NCBI GenBank assembly: GCA_010909165.1
Contig: VJWM01000324.1
Location: forward strand, 5,559-69,558
Reading direction: 5' to 3'
DNA: 64,000 nucleotides
DNA from: Anthoceros angustus
Taxonomy: Eukaryota > Plantae > Anthocerotophyta
In this document: positions 48,630 to 62,300 of the stretch, one piece after another
Position numbering within the stretch: the stretch's first letter is position 1
How the letters are laid out: every line of letters begins with the position of its first letter
Notes under the pieces: generated by a model
What the model saw: the letters and a program-made list of their open reading frames with translations, nothing else
Databases searched by the model: none
Told to the model about the DNA's origin: nothing
Program-made: the position numbers and the translations under genes

Positions 48630-49329
48630 TGGAGCCGTCACCAGTCCTAAGCAGACCTTGTTTTCTCAAGATTGGTTGTCTCTCTCGAATACTTTGAGCT
48701 TCCTCTTCTTCGTCAATTACGACAATGCTTTGATCTTCGTCTACTTCTCCAATCGCGACATCAGGAATTTCCCTTTCTCCCCCCTCTATGTCGCAGTGTT
48801 GAGAAGGTGCGTTGGGCTAAGGAACAAGTTGCTCAAGAGTGTCATCATACTCAGAATCCTCATCAGGGTTGCCAACATACGCCGTCGGATCCTTCATGAT
48901 AACCACTGGGGTTGGAGCTCCCACTCCTTTGCTAGGTTCCACAACCTCATTAAATACAACGTCCCTGCTTAAAATGATCTTCTTCCTTGAAAGATCATAC
49001 AACCTGTGAGCCATAATCTCGAGAGTACCCAAGCATAAGGCACTTCACGCCTTTTGGATCCCATTTTGTTCGGGTTTGCTTCGGAACGTGAGCATAAACC
49101 ACTGAACTAAAGATCCTCGAATGGCTTATGTCGACGCTGGGACCACGCTTCCTCCGGTCATTCCAACAATAGCTTTGGTTGGATCTCGATTCAAAACATA
49201 GGTTCTTGTAACAACGACCTCAAAAGCATGCTTCCAAGCCACTATGATGTAACATGCATTTAGCTGCCTCCACCAGACTCCTAAGTTTGCGCTCCGCCAC
49301 TCCATTTTGCTCCGATGTGTGAAGGATGG
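48630..49329 (-). mobile_element. Ty1/copia integrase fragment, probably the same element as 40805-42041
   Basis: HTSEQNGVAERK, SHSRIFSSVVYAHVP and HRLYDLSRKKIILSRDVVFNE. Confidence 0.88.
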
Positions 49330-51349
49330 TGTGGACCACGGACTCTCCCTTTAGGTAGGAAATGGGTCAGGTTTTTTTTGTTTTTCGTAGGCGTGGAGCA
49401 GGAAATAAGGTGGAAAGGAAGAAATAAGTCCGGAATACTCCGGACTGCACTTCGGAGTAGGCTGAAGGACTCCGGAGCATACTCCGGAGGAGCTACGGAC
49501 TACACTCTGAAAGAGGGGGTCCGGACCACACTCCGAGTCTTGAGGTGAGATTCGGACCACACTCAGGAGGCGGAGGATAAATCGCCAAGTAAAGTAACTT
49601 AGGAGTCGGGCGTGTTTTAGGCAGCAGCCACGTGGGCCAATCGAGAGGTGGGCGGGCATGCGGCCAGGACCATAGGGTTGCTAGTGGCCGTTATAGCGGT
49701 ATTCACGCTCAGTGCAGTGTGGCGTAAGGCTAAATGCAGCGGCGTAAGGCGAGTAAGCGGCGTAAGGTGGGAGTAAGCCATATGAGCCTCTACTTGATTC
49801 ACGGGCGTGAGCCGCCCGCAACATGGCGGTTACTCTCGTAGTGGACGGGGCGGAGTCATTCTTTCAAGCAACCTCGCGGTTCGCACTCCCTCGCTCGAGA
49901 CACCCGGCTCTACGGCGTTGTCTTTCGGCGCTCATGCACCCCTCACGTGGCTCGACTTTGCGGTTGGGCGGTAGCGATGGCGAGCGAGATTGTTGAGCCT
50001 CAAGCCCCACCGGTGAACAAGAGGAGCGGTGATGGGACCCAAGAAAGCGGCGGAGGTGTGGGAGCCATGGCGCTTGGTGGGCGCAACATCGTCCTGGCGC
50101 TACCGGACTTGGTCCTTGGCTAGAAGGCGGAGGAGGCGGGTGGAGGAATGACACTGGATATTTCAGTATGGACCTCTCGGCATGTAGCATCTGAGGAATG
50201 CCTTGGGAAGATGTTGGCGGCCAACAAGGAGGTCCGTTCAAGGACTGGGGAACCCAGGGAGGTGGGCCGTGGAGGTCCAGGCGGTCTCAACCGCCCGGAG
50301 GAAATAGGGGAGTGGTTGGGCCACAGTGAAGGGAAGGTGGAGGCGGGCGGCCTTCTTGTGAGACACAGCGACCCTCAGCGGGTGGGCGATGTCGGACCTC
50401 ACAGGGGAGGGCAGATCGATGGCGAAGATCGCCGTCCCTTTGGAATATGCTCACCAAGGTGGACCACCTTACGGATAATCTGCTGGTGTTCCTTCACGAC
50501 CCTACGGAAGGGAAGGTGGAGGCGGGCGGGATAATCTTCACCGAATCAACCAAGAGGCCCGGAAGCTGAGAAGCGAGAAGCCACCCCCGTCGGCGTTGTC
50601 GCCGTTCATCATCCATGTGTGGGGGCACATGAACCTCTTGAAGGAGGGAAGAGGAGGCGGAGAAGAGGCGCCGCCCAGGCGGAGAGAGAAGGGCCGACGC
50701 AGGGAGGCGAGGCCCTCGATCGAGCAAGCGGAGAAGGCGGAGGAGGACAATGAGGAGGTTTCGGACTCTATCGTCAGAAGCGGACCCTACGCCACCGGGG
50801 AAGTGTGGAAGACATTCGCTTCTCCTCTTGGTTCCCCACTGGAGCACCGGCGAGGAAGAGGCCCGTACGGGGCCAGGAGGCGTGATGCCCAGTCGGCGGC
50901 GACGCCGGCCAACTGCGGCGCCCCGTTACTGGACTCAACGAGGAAGCAAGAGGCGGAAGCGGCGCCACCAACGCGGCGCCCGGTGGCGCCCGTGCCTTGC
51001 TACCAAGGGTGGCGAGGCGAGGAGGCGTGCGGAGGCGGAAAGGGCCTGCCCGAGGCGGGAGGGCACGGCGGCCCCACCACAGGCCCGTCCACATCACAGG
51101 CCAGGAGAGCAGAGGGCCAACTCCGGACCCTTCACCACCTCCGAGCCCCAAGCGGAGAAGGCGGAGAAGGAGCTAGCGCCAAGAGGGCCAAGAGGTAGAG
51201 GCTCGGGACCGAGCGGATCAAGCCAGTCAGGACTCCTCGGGCTGCGGTAAGCGGTCCTTGACGGACCGGGAGATGCCTGCTCCCACAGCGGACTTTCTAG
51301 GTATCTCCCTAGCGGCGACCGTGGAAGAAACACGGCGGGTTTTGGCTGC
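49330..51349 (+). mobile_element. Family A element copy; continues at 63697-64000 after an inverted self-insertion
   Basis: Terminus TGTGGACCACGGACT. Homologous to 42042-44060. Host sequence resumes at 63697 (TGCTACCGCCATGGACG), matching the reverse of ~55430-55450. Confidence 0.8.
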
Positions 51350-52751
51350 TGTGCGCGACTTTTGGTGGCCGGGTAGCGCACAATCCGTGTCGTTGTAGGA
51401 AGAGTCGTTCCCAAGGGAATAGCGGAGCTCCGTTTGCGCGTTCGAGCGTTATCTCACTTTGCGTCCGTTCGGTCCAGCGCACACATTCATCGATTCGTCT
51501 AACTACTGCGCGTTCACGCCGGGCCGGTGTGGCCAAGCGTTTAAGGACCCGTTCGTCCGTATCGTTCACGTTCGTCACTCGCACCTCGTCCGTTCCTCTC
51601 TCCACTCACTACACTTATCGGTCTTAGGGAAGGCGGGTTACAGTCCGGACCTCCTCCGTCGTTCGGCCTCTCGTCCGGGCTCTGCCGCCCTCCCGAGTCC
51701 CTCGGCTCACACGTTCCGGTCCGTTTTGGGCGCGGCTGAGCAGGCGGATCCCAGTCACCTCCCACACACACCACAACACGTTAGGTCCGTCACGGGACCA
51801 CCGATCAATCTCTCGGGTGTGTGCACCTTTCGGTGACTCGGGACTCACGTTAGCAGAAGACACAAGGTGCAGAGCAGCATCAACACCAAGAGAAAGATGA
51901 TTTATTGAGGCGGACCCCTCTTATACTACGCCCAAGTCGGCGTCTTTATTACACCTAATGCGGTGATGGCCATTTCGGTATACTAATCGACGCCTACCAT
52001 CCTATTCCCCTATCTCCTTCGGCGGTGTGGGGTGGGAAGGTCCGGGTTCGCCTTGGGATTGGTGGTCCAATCTCCCGTCACGATTCTGGCGCCCAATCGG
52101 ATGATCCGGTGGCGGACCCTCCTCTCCGGAATCACAGCCGGGTTGGGCTCTGCGGTCGGCGGTACCGTTACGTCGTCATCCTCCAGCCTCCCGTGGGTCC
52201 CCTCACGGTGGGGCCACGGCTATCTGCTCCCCTAAGCGTAAGTCGAAGGGGCTCCTCCTTCTTGCGAGTCAGGACCTCGAGGTCCGGTCTCGACTCCGGT
52301 CTCGACTCCGGTCAGTCTTATTTCTGAGTCAGGTCTGGTCGGCCTCGTCTGGGGTTCGGACCTCGGGGTCCGAACTTATTTAGTCCGGTCCCCAAGCTCG
52401 GACCCCTTATACCTCGGTCTTGCTGGGTCCTCATCCCTACAGACCCTTGTCTTGGGTCGGGTTGGCTCCTCATACTGCGCCCCTTTGGGGTCACCTCCTT
52501 CTCCGGCGGGTTGCGGTGAACTTACCACAGGGTTGCGTCGTCTCGCTCCTCTTGAGGCTCTTCTCCCCAGCCGTCGTCTCCAAGCAGGGCCACTAGAGTC
52601 CCGTCTTTGTCCCCATGCCCTTCTTCCCCTCGGCCTTCCGAGTCCAGTCTGGTGAGAGGGGCTCTCACGGGGCTCGGCGTGGTAATAGGCAAAGTCCGAA
52701 TCCACTTGTTGGATTGCCTCTTCCACGTGTGCGGAGCACCGTACTCCCCGC

Positions 52752-55700
52752 CGCCATAGGTGCTCGGGGAGGCGTCTTTGCCCGACTTGTTGGACCACCT
52801 CCCCCCGGGTTTGATAGGCGGGCGGGCTGCTTCACGCGAGGCTGCCTCGGTCACCTCCGCGCTGTTGCTCCACTGCTCCAACTCCGTCGCTTCGCTCGGC
52901 GCGGCTTACCGGCCATAGCGTTCCCTTCCGCCTTCCTCAAGGACCCGGCTTCTTATGCTTCCGGTGCTCGCTTCTCCGTCCATTACGGTATCTCGCCATC
53001 TCCCTCTCAGACGGTCGGGCCGCCTCTGCTGCGGGCTTCGCCAGCCCTTCTCCATCTCGGCGGCGTCCTGCTCCTGTTCCGCCGCCGTCTGCCTCGTCAT
53101 AGCAGGAGCCGCTCTATTTCGTTCGTTCGCGACCCGTCTGAGACTACCATTCCTCTCAATGGTAGTTTGGGCTGACTCAAGGTCTCCTTGCGGTCTTCCA
53201 TCTCCTGCTTGCTCCACCTCCGGTGAGTCAGGAGATCCTCCATCTCCTTGTCGCGAGCTTCACAGGCTGGGCAGTGGCGCTTGCTCCGCCGCCTCCTGCT
53301 CCATCTTGAGGCTGGGCGCTCTATCTCCTCGAAGTCTTGGACTCTCTGTTGAGAACCCCTTGCTGCTCCAGCGTCTTGGGTTGTAACTCCAAGGTGTCCT
53401 TCTTTGTCCTCCGGCTCCGCCTCCCTTCTACCTCCTGCACAGGTCCCGATTTCCGGGTCTGGCCTCAGTGTTTACCTGCCTCTTGCTGCTCTTGCTGCTC
53501 GGTCTTGATTGGCGCGCTGCAGTAGCCTCCCTCCACGGTTCGATCACATGGTAGTGATCGCGGTCGGCCTGGCTTCGCCTCCTGGCCACCTTCACAGGCT
53601 TCTCCGGCTTGGCTCTGGTCTGGTCGGGCCGCCTCCGTCCGAGCCCTCTGCTTGCCGGGCCTCTTAGCCTCTGCTGCGCTACCCTCTCACTGCGAGGTCC
53701 TCGGCCTTGGGCCTCCTTAGCACTTTGCTCCTCCAGGGTGAAGAATTTAGTCCGGTCCTTGCGAATGGACGGACTTCCCCTCTCGGCCTCCGGCGTTTCC
53801 CTTCCTCAATTCGGCCGAGCTTGGCCTTCCTCCCTCCTGGGCCCCTCAAGCTGCTCACTGGAGGAGTACCCATCTCGGGTGGCTTCTACCTCACAGGTCT
53901 TCTCGGCCATCCATGAGACCCCAAAGCATCATCCATGGCGTAGTGAGTGGACCAGTGTTTCTTCCAGCCCTTGTGAGGCTCCCACAAAGTCCGTAGTGGG
54001 AGGCATTCATGATCATGAGGACCTCCATACTGCATGATCCGGAGTAAGTCGGTGGGTTCTCGGACCTAATCGGGACCCTTAGGTCTGAGTCTTTGCTCAG
54101 GGCTTCACCCTCCTTGGCCCTTTTGGCGCGAGCTCCTTCTCGCCCTTTTTCTCACAGGGCTCGGAGGAGGTGAGGGGTCGGGAGCAAGCCCTTTTGCCTC
54201 TTCACAGCCGGAGGCAGGGACTCAGTGCAGGCTGCCGGTGACCTCCTGCTCCACAGGCGTCCCTTCGCCATAGGTGCTCGGGGTGTCTTGCATTGGACCA
54301 CCTGGGTTTGATAGGTGGGCCGGGGTGCTTGTGCAGGCCTCGGTCACCTCCATAACCCCTGTTGCTCACACTCCAACTCCGTCGCTTCGCTCATTGCCGA
54401 CCATAGTGCGTTCCCCGCCTTCCTCATGGACGGCTTCTTATGCACTTCCGGTGCTCTCGCTCTTGTCCATTAACTCGCCATCTCCCTCTCAGACGGTCGG
54501 GCAACTTCTGCGGTGCAGGCTTCGCAGCCCTTCTCCATTTGGCGTCCTGCTCCTGTTCCATCGCCGTCGCCTCGTCCGCCCAGTGGGCGCTCTATTTCCG
54601 TTCGCGTTCGCGACCCGTCTGAGACTACCATTCCTCTCAATGGTAGTTTGGGCTGACTCAAGGTCTCCTTGCGGTCTTCCATCTCCCTGCTCCACCTCAC
54701 GTGAGTCAGGAGATCCTCCATCTCCTTGTCGCGAGCTTCACAGGCTGGGCAGTGGCGCTTGCTCCGCCGCCTCCTGCTCCATCTTGAGGCTGGGCGCTCT
54801 ATCTCCTCGAAGTCTTGGACTCTCGTTGAGAACCCCTTGCTGCTCCAATCGTCTTGGGTTGTAACTCAAGGTGTCCTTCATCCTCCGGCTCTGCCGCCTC
54901 CCTTCTACCTCCTGCATGCGCCAGGGTCCCGATTTCCGGGTCTTTGGCCTCGGTGTTTACGCACGGCTCGTCGTGCTTGTTCTTCTTGCACGCTCGGTCT
55001 TGATTGGCGGCTGCCCGGTAGCCTCCCTCCACGGTTCGATCACGCCGATAGTGATCGCGGCTGCTGTGGCTTCCGCCTCCAGCCACCTTCACAGGCTTCT
55101 CGGCTTGGCTCTGGTCTGGTCGGGCCGCCTCCGCGGTCCGAGCCCTCTCCGCGCCCGGGCCTCTTAGCCTCTGCTGCGCTACCCTCTCACTGCGAGGTCC
55201 TCGGCCCGCGCTTGGGCCTCCTTAGCACACTTGGTGCTCCTCCCAGTGAAGGAATTTAGTCCGGTCCTTGCGAATGGACGGACTTCCCCTCTCGGCCTCC
55301 GGCGTTTCCCTTCCTCAATTCGGCCGAGCTTGCCTTCCTCCTTGCCTCCTGGGCCCCTCCAGCTCTGGAGGAGTACCATGCCTCGGGTGGCTTCTACCTC
55401 CGGTCTTCTCGGCCATCCCGAGACCCCAAAGCATCGTCCATGGCAGTGGCAGGACGTGTTTCTTCCACGGCCCAGTGAGGCTCCCACAAAGTCCGTAGTG
55501 GGAGGGCATTTGTGATCCGAGGACCTCCATCTGCATGATCCGGAGTAAGTCGGGGTGGGTTCTCCGGACCTAATCGGGACCCTTAGGTCTGAGTCTTTGG
55601 CTCAGGAGCTTCACCCTCCTTGGCCCTTTTGGCGCGAGCTCCTTCTCGCCCTTTTTCTCACAGGGCTCGGAGGAGGTGAGGGGTCAGGGAGCAAGCCCTT

Positions 55701-55770
55701 TTGCCTCTTCACCGGAGGCAGGACCCGGCTCAGTGCGGCTGCGCGGTGACCTCCTGCTCCTGCGTCCCTT
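52752..55770. repeat. ~1.51-kb tandem duplication
   Basis: Units 52752-54265 and 54266-55770. Junction microhomology CGCC. Confidence 0.88.
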
Positions 55771-56339
55771 CGCCTCCTTACAGCTTCCTCGACTTCTTGC
55801 CACTCAGGTAGGCGGGGTAAGTCTTGGCACCGTCGAGGTCTGCGTTGGTACATCTTGCGTCTCTTGGTTCCCTCAGGCTCCATGGTTGTGGTTGTGGTGT
55901 GGTGGGCTATTGGAGTCAGGGGCCTCCTGCTTGCCCCTCGGTTGGGGCACCGGGGAGGAGGCGATTTCCTCCATACTTCCACAGGTGGTGAGGGGTCCGT
56001 TCAGACGTATGGAGTCGAATTCCCTCGATCGTCCTCCTCCGGTTTGGCCTTGAGGTCGGCCTCCCACCTCGGGCGCCCTTGCACGCTCCACTTCCGGGCC
56101 TCAGTCCTTCCGGGCGCCGCTCAAGCTCTCCCTCCTTGAGGCTCGAAATGTCCCCATACATGGATCGGTATGGGGCGGCCAGTCATGAGGCTTCTCGCTC
56201 CTTAGCTTCGGGCCTCACGGAGCAGGCGAAGATAATCCTTCCCGTCCGCCCTCTTCCCCAGCGTGCGCGAGAATACCAGCGAGTTATCACCAAGGTGATC
56301 CACCTTGGTGGCGAGTTCAATGGACAATGATCCAGACTC

Positions 56340-59300
56340 TCTGGAAGACCACATGTACACTAACCCTCCCACATTGTTGGTTTGAATGTTTTTTGCTTTT
56401 CTTATGTTTTGTGTGATGGAGTGCTTAGGAAATGTCCGAGGCAAGGCCTTTTATACTAAAATGGTCCTTGGCCCATGACAATATTACTTTTACAAATAAT
56501 TAGTCCTTGGGCCTCGAACACCGAATATCGAGGCCTAGAAGGTCCTTGGACCTTGGGATTTTAGGAATAAAAATTGTCTATATAAGGTGGGGATCCTTCA
56601 TTCAAGGGCCCGGGAACAAGTGGAGGCGGCACCTCTGGAGAAGTTCGAAGCTAGCGGAGAGGTATAAGCGGAGAGAGGTGAGGCTAGGGCCGGTCAAGAG
56701 AGGCGGGCAACGAAGAAGGCGAGCCAGACCCGCGGTGAAAGCACCAGTTGAGCAGCCACCACGGTGGTGGAGCCGGCCACCCGCGAGCGGCCACCAGTGG
56801 TGGAGCCGTCGCGGAAGAAGGACCCAAGGTGGGGAAGCCACCGTCGGGAGGCGTGGGAGGATGCAACTCCCTCGATTCGGAAGCAGCCAGTGATTGTCCA
56901 TAGGAGCCGGGCATACCTTCACAGTTGTGCTCGAGGAAATGAGCAAGGCGGAGGCTAGAGCATGGATGGAGGAACGCCGTTTGGCATCGGTGATGAGGAG
57001 CGAGGAAAGCGTCGAGGCGGAAGGCAGGCGCCTCCTAGGAGGAGTGAAGGGACCTCGGATAGCGAGTGAGGTGGAGATATTAAGGGAGGATCTTTCGGAT
57101 CGAGGCGTGGTAGGAGGCGAGGGAACACCCATGGGCGCAGGCTAGGCGGCACAGGAGGCGCGCGCTGATTTTAGAGGGCGCATCATAGGTCGAGGCTTTC
57201 ACTTGGATTAGAGGATAAGGTGCTAGGAAGCTTGTGAATTTGTAGATACCGAATTGGTAGGCGCTGTGGTAGGTTAGCCATCTTTAAACACCGGAGGTAG
57301 GTTAGCCATCTTTAGACACCGGAAAGTGAGCTATGCGCGTGACGGATGTATAAGAGACCCCTTGAGTGTCTCTCTTAGACAATTTCGGTGTGAGCTCCGT
57401 GTGTCGAATTTGTGCGTGGTTGGTTGGAGACATCCGATCGATGATGGGGGATTCGGTGTCCTCTCGTCACAAGAGGGCCGGGAGATCCTGGATGGTCGAG
57501 AGCCGAGTGACCAAGCTCCGCGTGGGGTGACTAGTGGTGAAGGGTGCTCAATGCATGCGAGGAAATTCCAGGGACCGGGTGAGATCGCGGGTGTGCGAAT
57601 CGCCTGTGGAGCCGACCTGTTTTCCTTTCCCAACCCCATCTAACCAGTTGTGTCTAATCCCAAGGAGGAGGTCTGTGGCCCAAGAGAGGTCTGTGTGTGG
57701 CCCAAGAGGTCTGTGTGGCCTGAGGAGGGGTCTGTGGCCCAAGGAGGGGTCTGTGGCCCAAGAGGTCTGTGTCGGAGGAGGGGTCTGTGAGAGGTCTGTG
57801 GCAGAGAGGAGGATCTGTGGGAACATCTTGTGCGCGGTGGTGTATGAGGTCCTGGAAGAAAGGGGTGAGTGAGTCGTTGTGTGAAGAGGAGTCTAGGAAG
57901 TGGTGAGCGCGAGAGTCCGGAAAATGCGAACGCGAGGAAGGTTGGGAATAAATTGTGGGGTCGGAGGAGGTGGCGGCGGGTGAGGTGCATGAGCGTGCCT
58001 GTGGTGTACATCCACGAGCCGGCGCCTGTGTGGACACGTGCGGGCGGGTGGGTCCCACCACGGTGGCGAATCCACCACGGCGGTGGCGAACCCACCACGG
58101 CGGTGGCGAATCCACCACGCGGTGGCGGAATCCACCAGCGGTGGCGGAATCCACCACGGCGGTGGCGGAATCCACCACACGGTGGCGGAATCCACCACGG
58201 TGGCGAACCCACCACACGGTGGTCGAACTTACCATGGTGGTGGGCGGTAGTGATTGATTAGGTAGGGCGATTGTAGGAGGACTAGAATCCATAGTTTTGG
58301 AACATCTTGACACAAAACCATTCCCTTGGGATCGAATCCTAGGACTATAACGACATAGAGGGTAAATGTGGCCTCTTTGCGTCTTGGATGCAAAACCCAT
58401 TCCACATTTTGGCGCTTCGGGGAATGAAAATCGATTATAGGAAAGACTAACCATAGCTTAGGTGTCTAGTCTTTGAGTGTATTTAGTTTGGTAGATGGAT
58501 GCCACGAGTTGAGTCGGAGGATTGAGAGACAAGTCGGGAAGAGAAGCCTCAAGCGGCGGCCAAGCCTGGAAAGGTTGAAAAGGGTTGCGGATCGGGAGTT
58601 GAGGAGGACCCAATTGGAGGACGACTTCTTTGGAAGGAAGGAGGGGGAATCAACCGACGGGGTCCGATCTTGTTGGAGCAAGATCCCCAATCTCGGTCTT
58701 GGACGAGGTACCACGGCCGAGGAACCTTGGTCCAAACTTGTCTTGACCTCTCTTCCGTGTGTGTGCATCAATCAACTTCCAAGGGACCGTTCTTGAATCA
58801 ACCATCGAATCGCCACGATCATGTCCACCACGTCTTGGTGGTCACCACCAAGCAACCTTACGTTGTATGGAGAGGAAAGGTATGAGGATCCCGAATTTGT
58901 TGAGCGTTTTGAGCGGTGACATTTGCAAAACCAGAATCGGGTGCACGCATTCATCTATGGAGTTCTTGGGCGGTCCAAAAGTGGTAGTGGCAGTACCTCA
59001 AGTCACAACCACCTTTGAAGAATTGAAAAACGCCTTCTGTGAGAGGTTTAGGGGATTGACGTGGAGGGGTATGTGTTGTCCAAACTTGAGAGGTTGCAAA
59101 GAGAAAGGAAGGAAACCTTGCAAGCGTATGTTGAGAGGTTTCACGCACGTGATCGTAGTGGCCCTCATTCGGAGCTGCAGGCAATACGGTGGTTCGCTAA
59201 GGGCCTGGGTTCTAAGATGGGGAGACACGTAAGGTGGCAAGCGGAGAAGAATTTGGGCAAACCTATCAAGGCTGAACTAACGAGGTACCAGGAGATGAAG

Positions 59301-62300
59301 AAGGCTAAGAAGGACATGAAGAAGGCTAAGAAGGACATGAAGAAGTCCAAAACGGGAAAAAGAAAAGGGATTCCTCATCCTCCTCGGGAGAAAGAGTCGT
59401 CAGATGAGGGCCGAGGAAGAAGAAGAAATCAAGGGGTGAGGTGGAAGGAAAGAAGGGTCGTATGCGGGAGAACAAAGAGCTGGCAAGGGCGAAACAAGAG
59501 GCGTTGTATGCAAAAAAAGATGCGGAGCAAGCAAGGAAGGAGGCTGAGGCGGAAAGTGGACACATCGGAAGCGGATGAAAAGATAGATTCCTTTGGCACA
59601 TCTCATGGTCCGATGAGGAACACGATTATTGGAGATATCCCACACGATTAATCGGTGGGATTTGTTATGTGTATCATTGCTAGGATTCGATGGAAGGAGG
59701 AGGGAGCGAGGAACAACCGGATGAGGAAAATGGAATGGGCATCACGTTTCACCTCGGAAGATCTGTTTGAGAATGGGGCATGCGAGAGAGGAAGCTAGAG
59801 CGAAGAGGATTTGGGGTCGCGCATGAGAGGAAGGGGTACGGATGAAGTCAAGGATGTTGAGTACTCAGGGAAAGTGCTCAAATTCTCCAAAGCAATGAGC
59901 ACGGGGCTTGAGGGGCATGAACAGTTGCTTGGAATTCATCGATGTCTTTGCCTTCAATGTGACCGACATAAAGGGTATACCCAAGGAATGGGGAAAGCAT
60001 AAGATCGACGGGAGCAATTAGGATTAAGCGAAGGTTGGATGAAGTCACCAAGAAGGATCATTCTCCGGTGCCTTCAACGATAACATCCTAGATCACGGTG
60101 AGCGGATGGAGTATTCCTTCTTAGATGGGTACTATAACCCATCTCGGGAGGTGGGCCTTTACAGGAGAAGGTGGAGCGAGACCGGAGGATGACTTTCCAG
60201 AGACCACATTTCACGGAGGAGGAGGCCAAACCCAATTTGAGCAGGGTAAGGGAGACAAGATGGCCTCGAATGAGAAGGGAGAAAGAGCTTCACACCGCAT
60301 CACGAGATTTATGAGTATCACAGGGCAGATCGTCAAAACCTCTCTAAGGGTCCTGAGGTTTTTAAATGGTTCCATCCGTGCGGTGCTTGAATGGGACGCA
60401 CTTGCCAACCGAGTTGGTTGGCGAGTTAAAAATATTATCAATAAGTTGGCGAGGGCGCCAACAAGTGAGAAGGGAGTATGTGGAAGACCACATGTACACT
60501 AACCCTCCCTGGATTGTTGGTTTGAATGTTTTTTGTTTTCTTATGTTTTGTGTGATGGAGTGCTTAGGAAATGTCGAGGCAAGGCCTTTTATACTAAAAG
60601 TGGTCCTTGGCCCATGGCAATATTACTTTTACAAATAATTAGTCCTTGGGCCTCGAACGTGAATGTCGCTAGAAGGTCCTTGGACCTTGGGATTTTAGGA
60701 ATAAAATTGTCTATATAAGGTGGGGATCCTTCATTCGACAGCGGGGCCGGGAACAAGTGGAGGCAGCACCTGAGAAGTTCAAGAAGCTAGCGGAGAGGTA
60801 TAAGCGGAGAGAGGTGAGGCTAGGGCCGGGGTCAAGAGAGGCGAGCAAGGCGAAGAAGGCGAGCAACGACCACCGCGGTGGGCGAAGCGACCCGGAAGCA
60901 CCACGGTGGTGGAGCCGACACCGTCGCGGAAGCGACCACCACGGTGGTGGGCCGGCCATCGTCGCGGAAGAAGGACCCAAGGTGGGGAAGCCACCGTCGG
61001 GGCCCGCATGGGAGGATGCAACTCCCTCAGTTCGAGGAAGCCGAGGATTGTCCACAGGGCGGGCATACCCTTCACAGGTTGTGCTCGAGGAAATGAGCAA
61101 GGCGGAGGCTAGGCGTGGATGGAGGCCTTGTTTGGCTGTCCGGTGATGAGGGCGAGAAGCGTGCGGGGGCGGAGCAGGCGCCTCCTAGGAGGAGTGAAGG
61201 GACCTCGGATAAGCGGGAGTGAGGTGGAGATATTAAGGGAGGATCTTCGGATCGGGCGTGGTAGGAGAGCGGGGAACACCCATGGGCCCAGGGCTAGCGG
61301 CCACAAGGGGATTTTAGAGGCGGCATCATAGGTCGAGGCTTTCACTTGGATTAGAGGATAAGGTGCTAGGAAGCTTGTGAATTTGTAGATACAGAATTGG
61401 TAGGCGCTCGTGGTAGGTTAGCCATCTTTAGACCTTTGGAGGTAGGTTAGCCATCTTTAGAACCTTGGGAAAGTGAGCTATGGGCGCCGGATGTATAAGA
61501 GACCCTTGAGTCTCTCTTGGACAATTTGGTGTGAGCTCCGTGTGTCGAATTTGTGCGCGTGGTTGGTTGGAGACATCCGATCGATGATGGGCTGATTTGA
61601 TGTCGTCCTCTCGTCACAAGAGGGCGGGAGATCCTGGATGGTCGAGGAGTGACCAAGCTCGCGTGGGGTGACTAGTGGTGAAGGGTGCTCAATGCATGCC
61701 GGAGAGGGAAATTCCAGGGGGAGGTGAGATCGCGGGTGTCTGAATCGCACTGGAGCCGACCAATTGTTTTCCTTTCCCAACCCATTGTCTAACAGTTGTG
61801 TCTAATCCCAAGGGAGTGCAGTGGAGTCTGTGGCCCAAGGAGTCTGTGTATGCATGTGCTGAGGAGGGTCTGTGTGGCCCAAGGAGGGTGCAATGTGGCC
61901 CAAGAAGTGCAATGTGGCTGGAGGGTCTGTGTGGCCCAAGAGAGGTGCTGTGGCTGAGAGGAGGATGCATGGGAACATCTTGTGCGGTGGTGTATGAGGT
62001 CTAGAAGAAAGGGGTGAGTGAGTCGTTGTGTGAGGAGTCTAGGAAGTGGTGGCAGCGAGTGGAAAATGCAGCGGCGAGGAAGGTTGGGAATAAATTGTGG
62101 GGTCGAGGAGGAAATTGGCGGCGGGTGAGGTGCCGCGGCGTGCGTGGCCATGGTGTGCATCCACCGGTGAGCGCAAATAGTGTCGCGGCAGCGGTGCATG
62201 GGTCCACCGGTGGGCCGCCATAGCCCTGCAGCGGTGGCGGCCACCACGGTGGCGGAATCACCGCGGTGGCGGAATCCCTGCAGTGGCGGAATCCACCACG

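Noticed and set aside
52087-52096. TGGCGCCCAA as a tRNA-Lys PBS after a 0.7-kb LTR
   Set aside because: No clean CA end before it, no gag after it and no matching second LTR. The CTGCT duplication supports the larger unit instead.
58055-58220. Palindromic repeat array resembling a CRISPR array
   Set aside because: No unique spacers, no cas genes, eukaryotic context, and it is duplicated as part of both LTRs.
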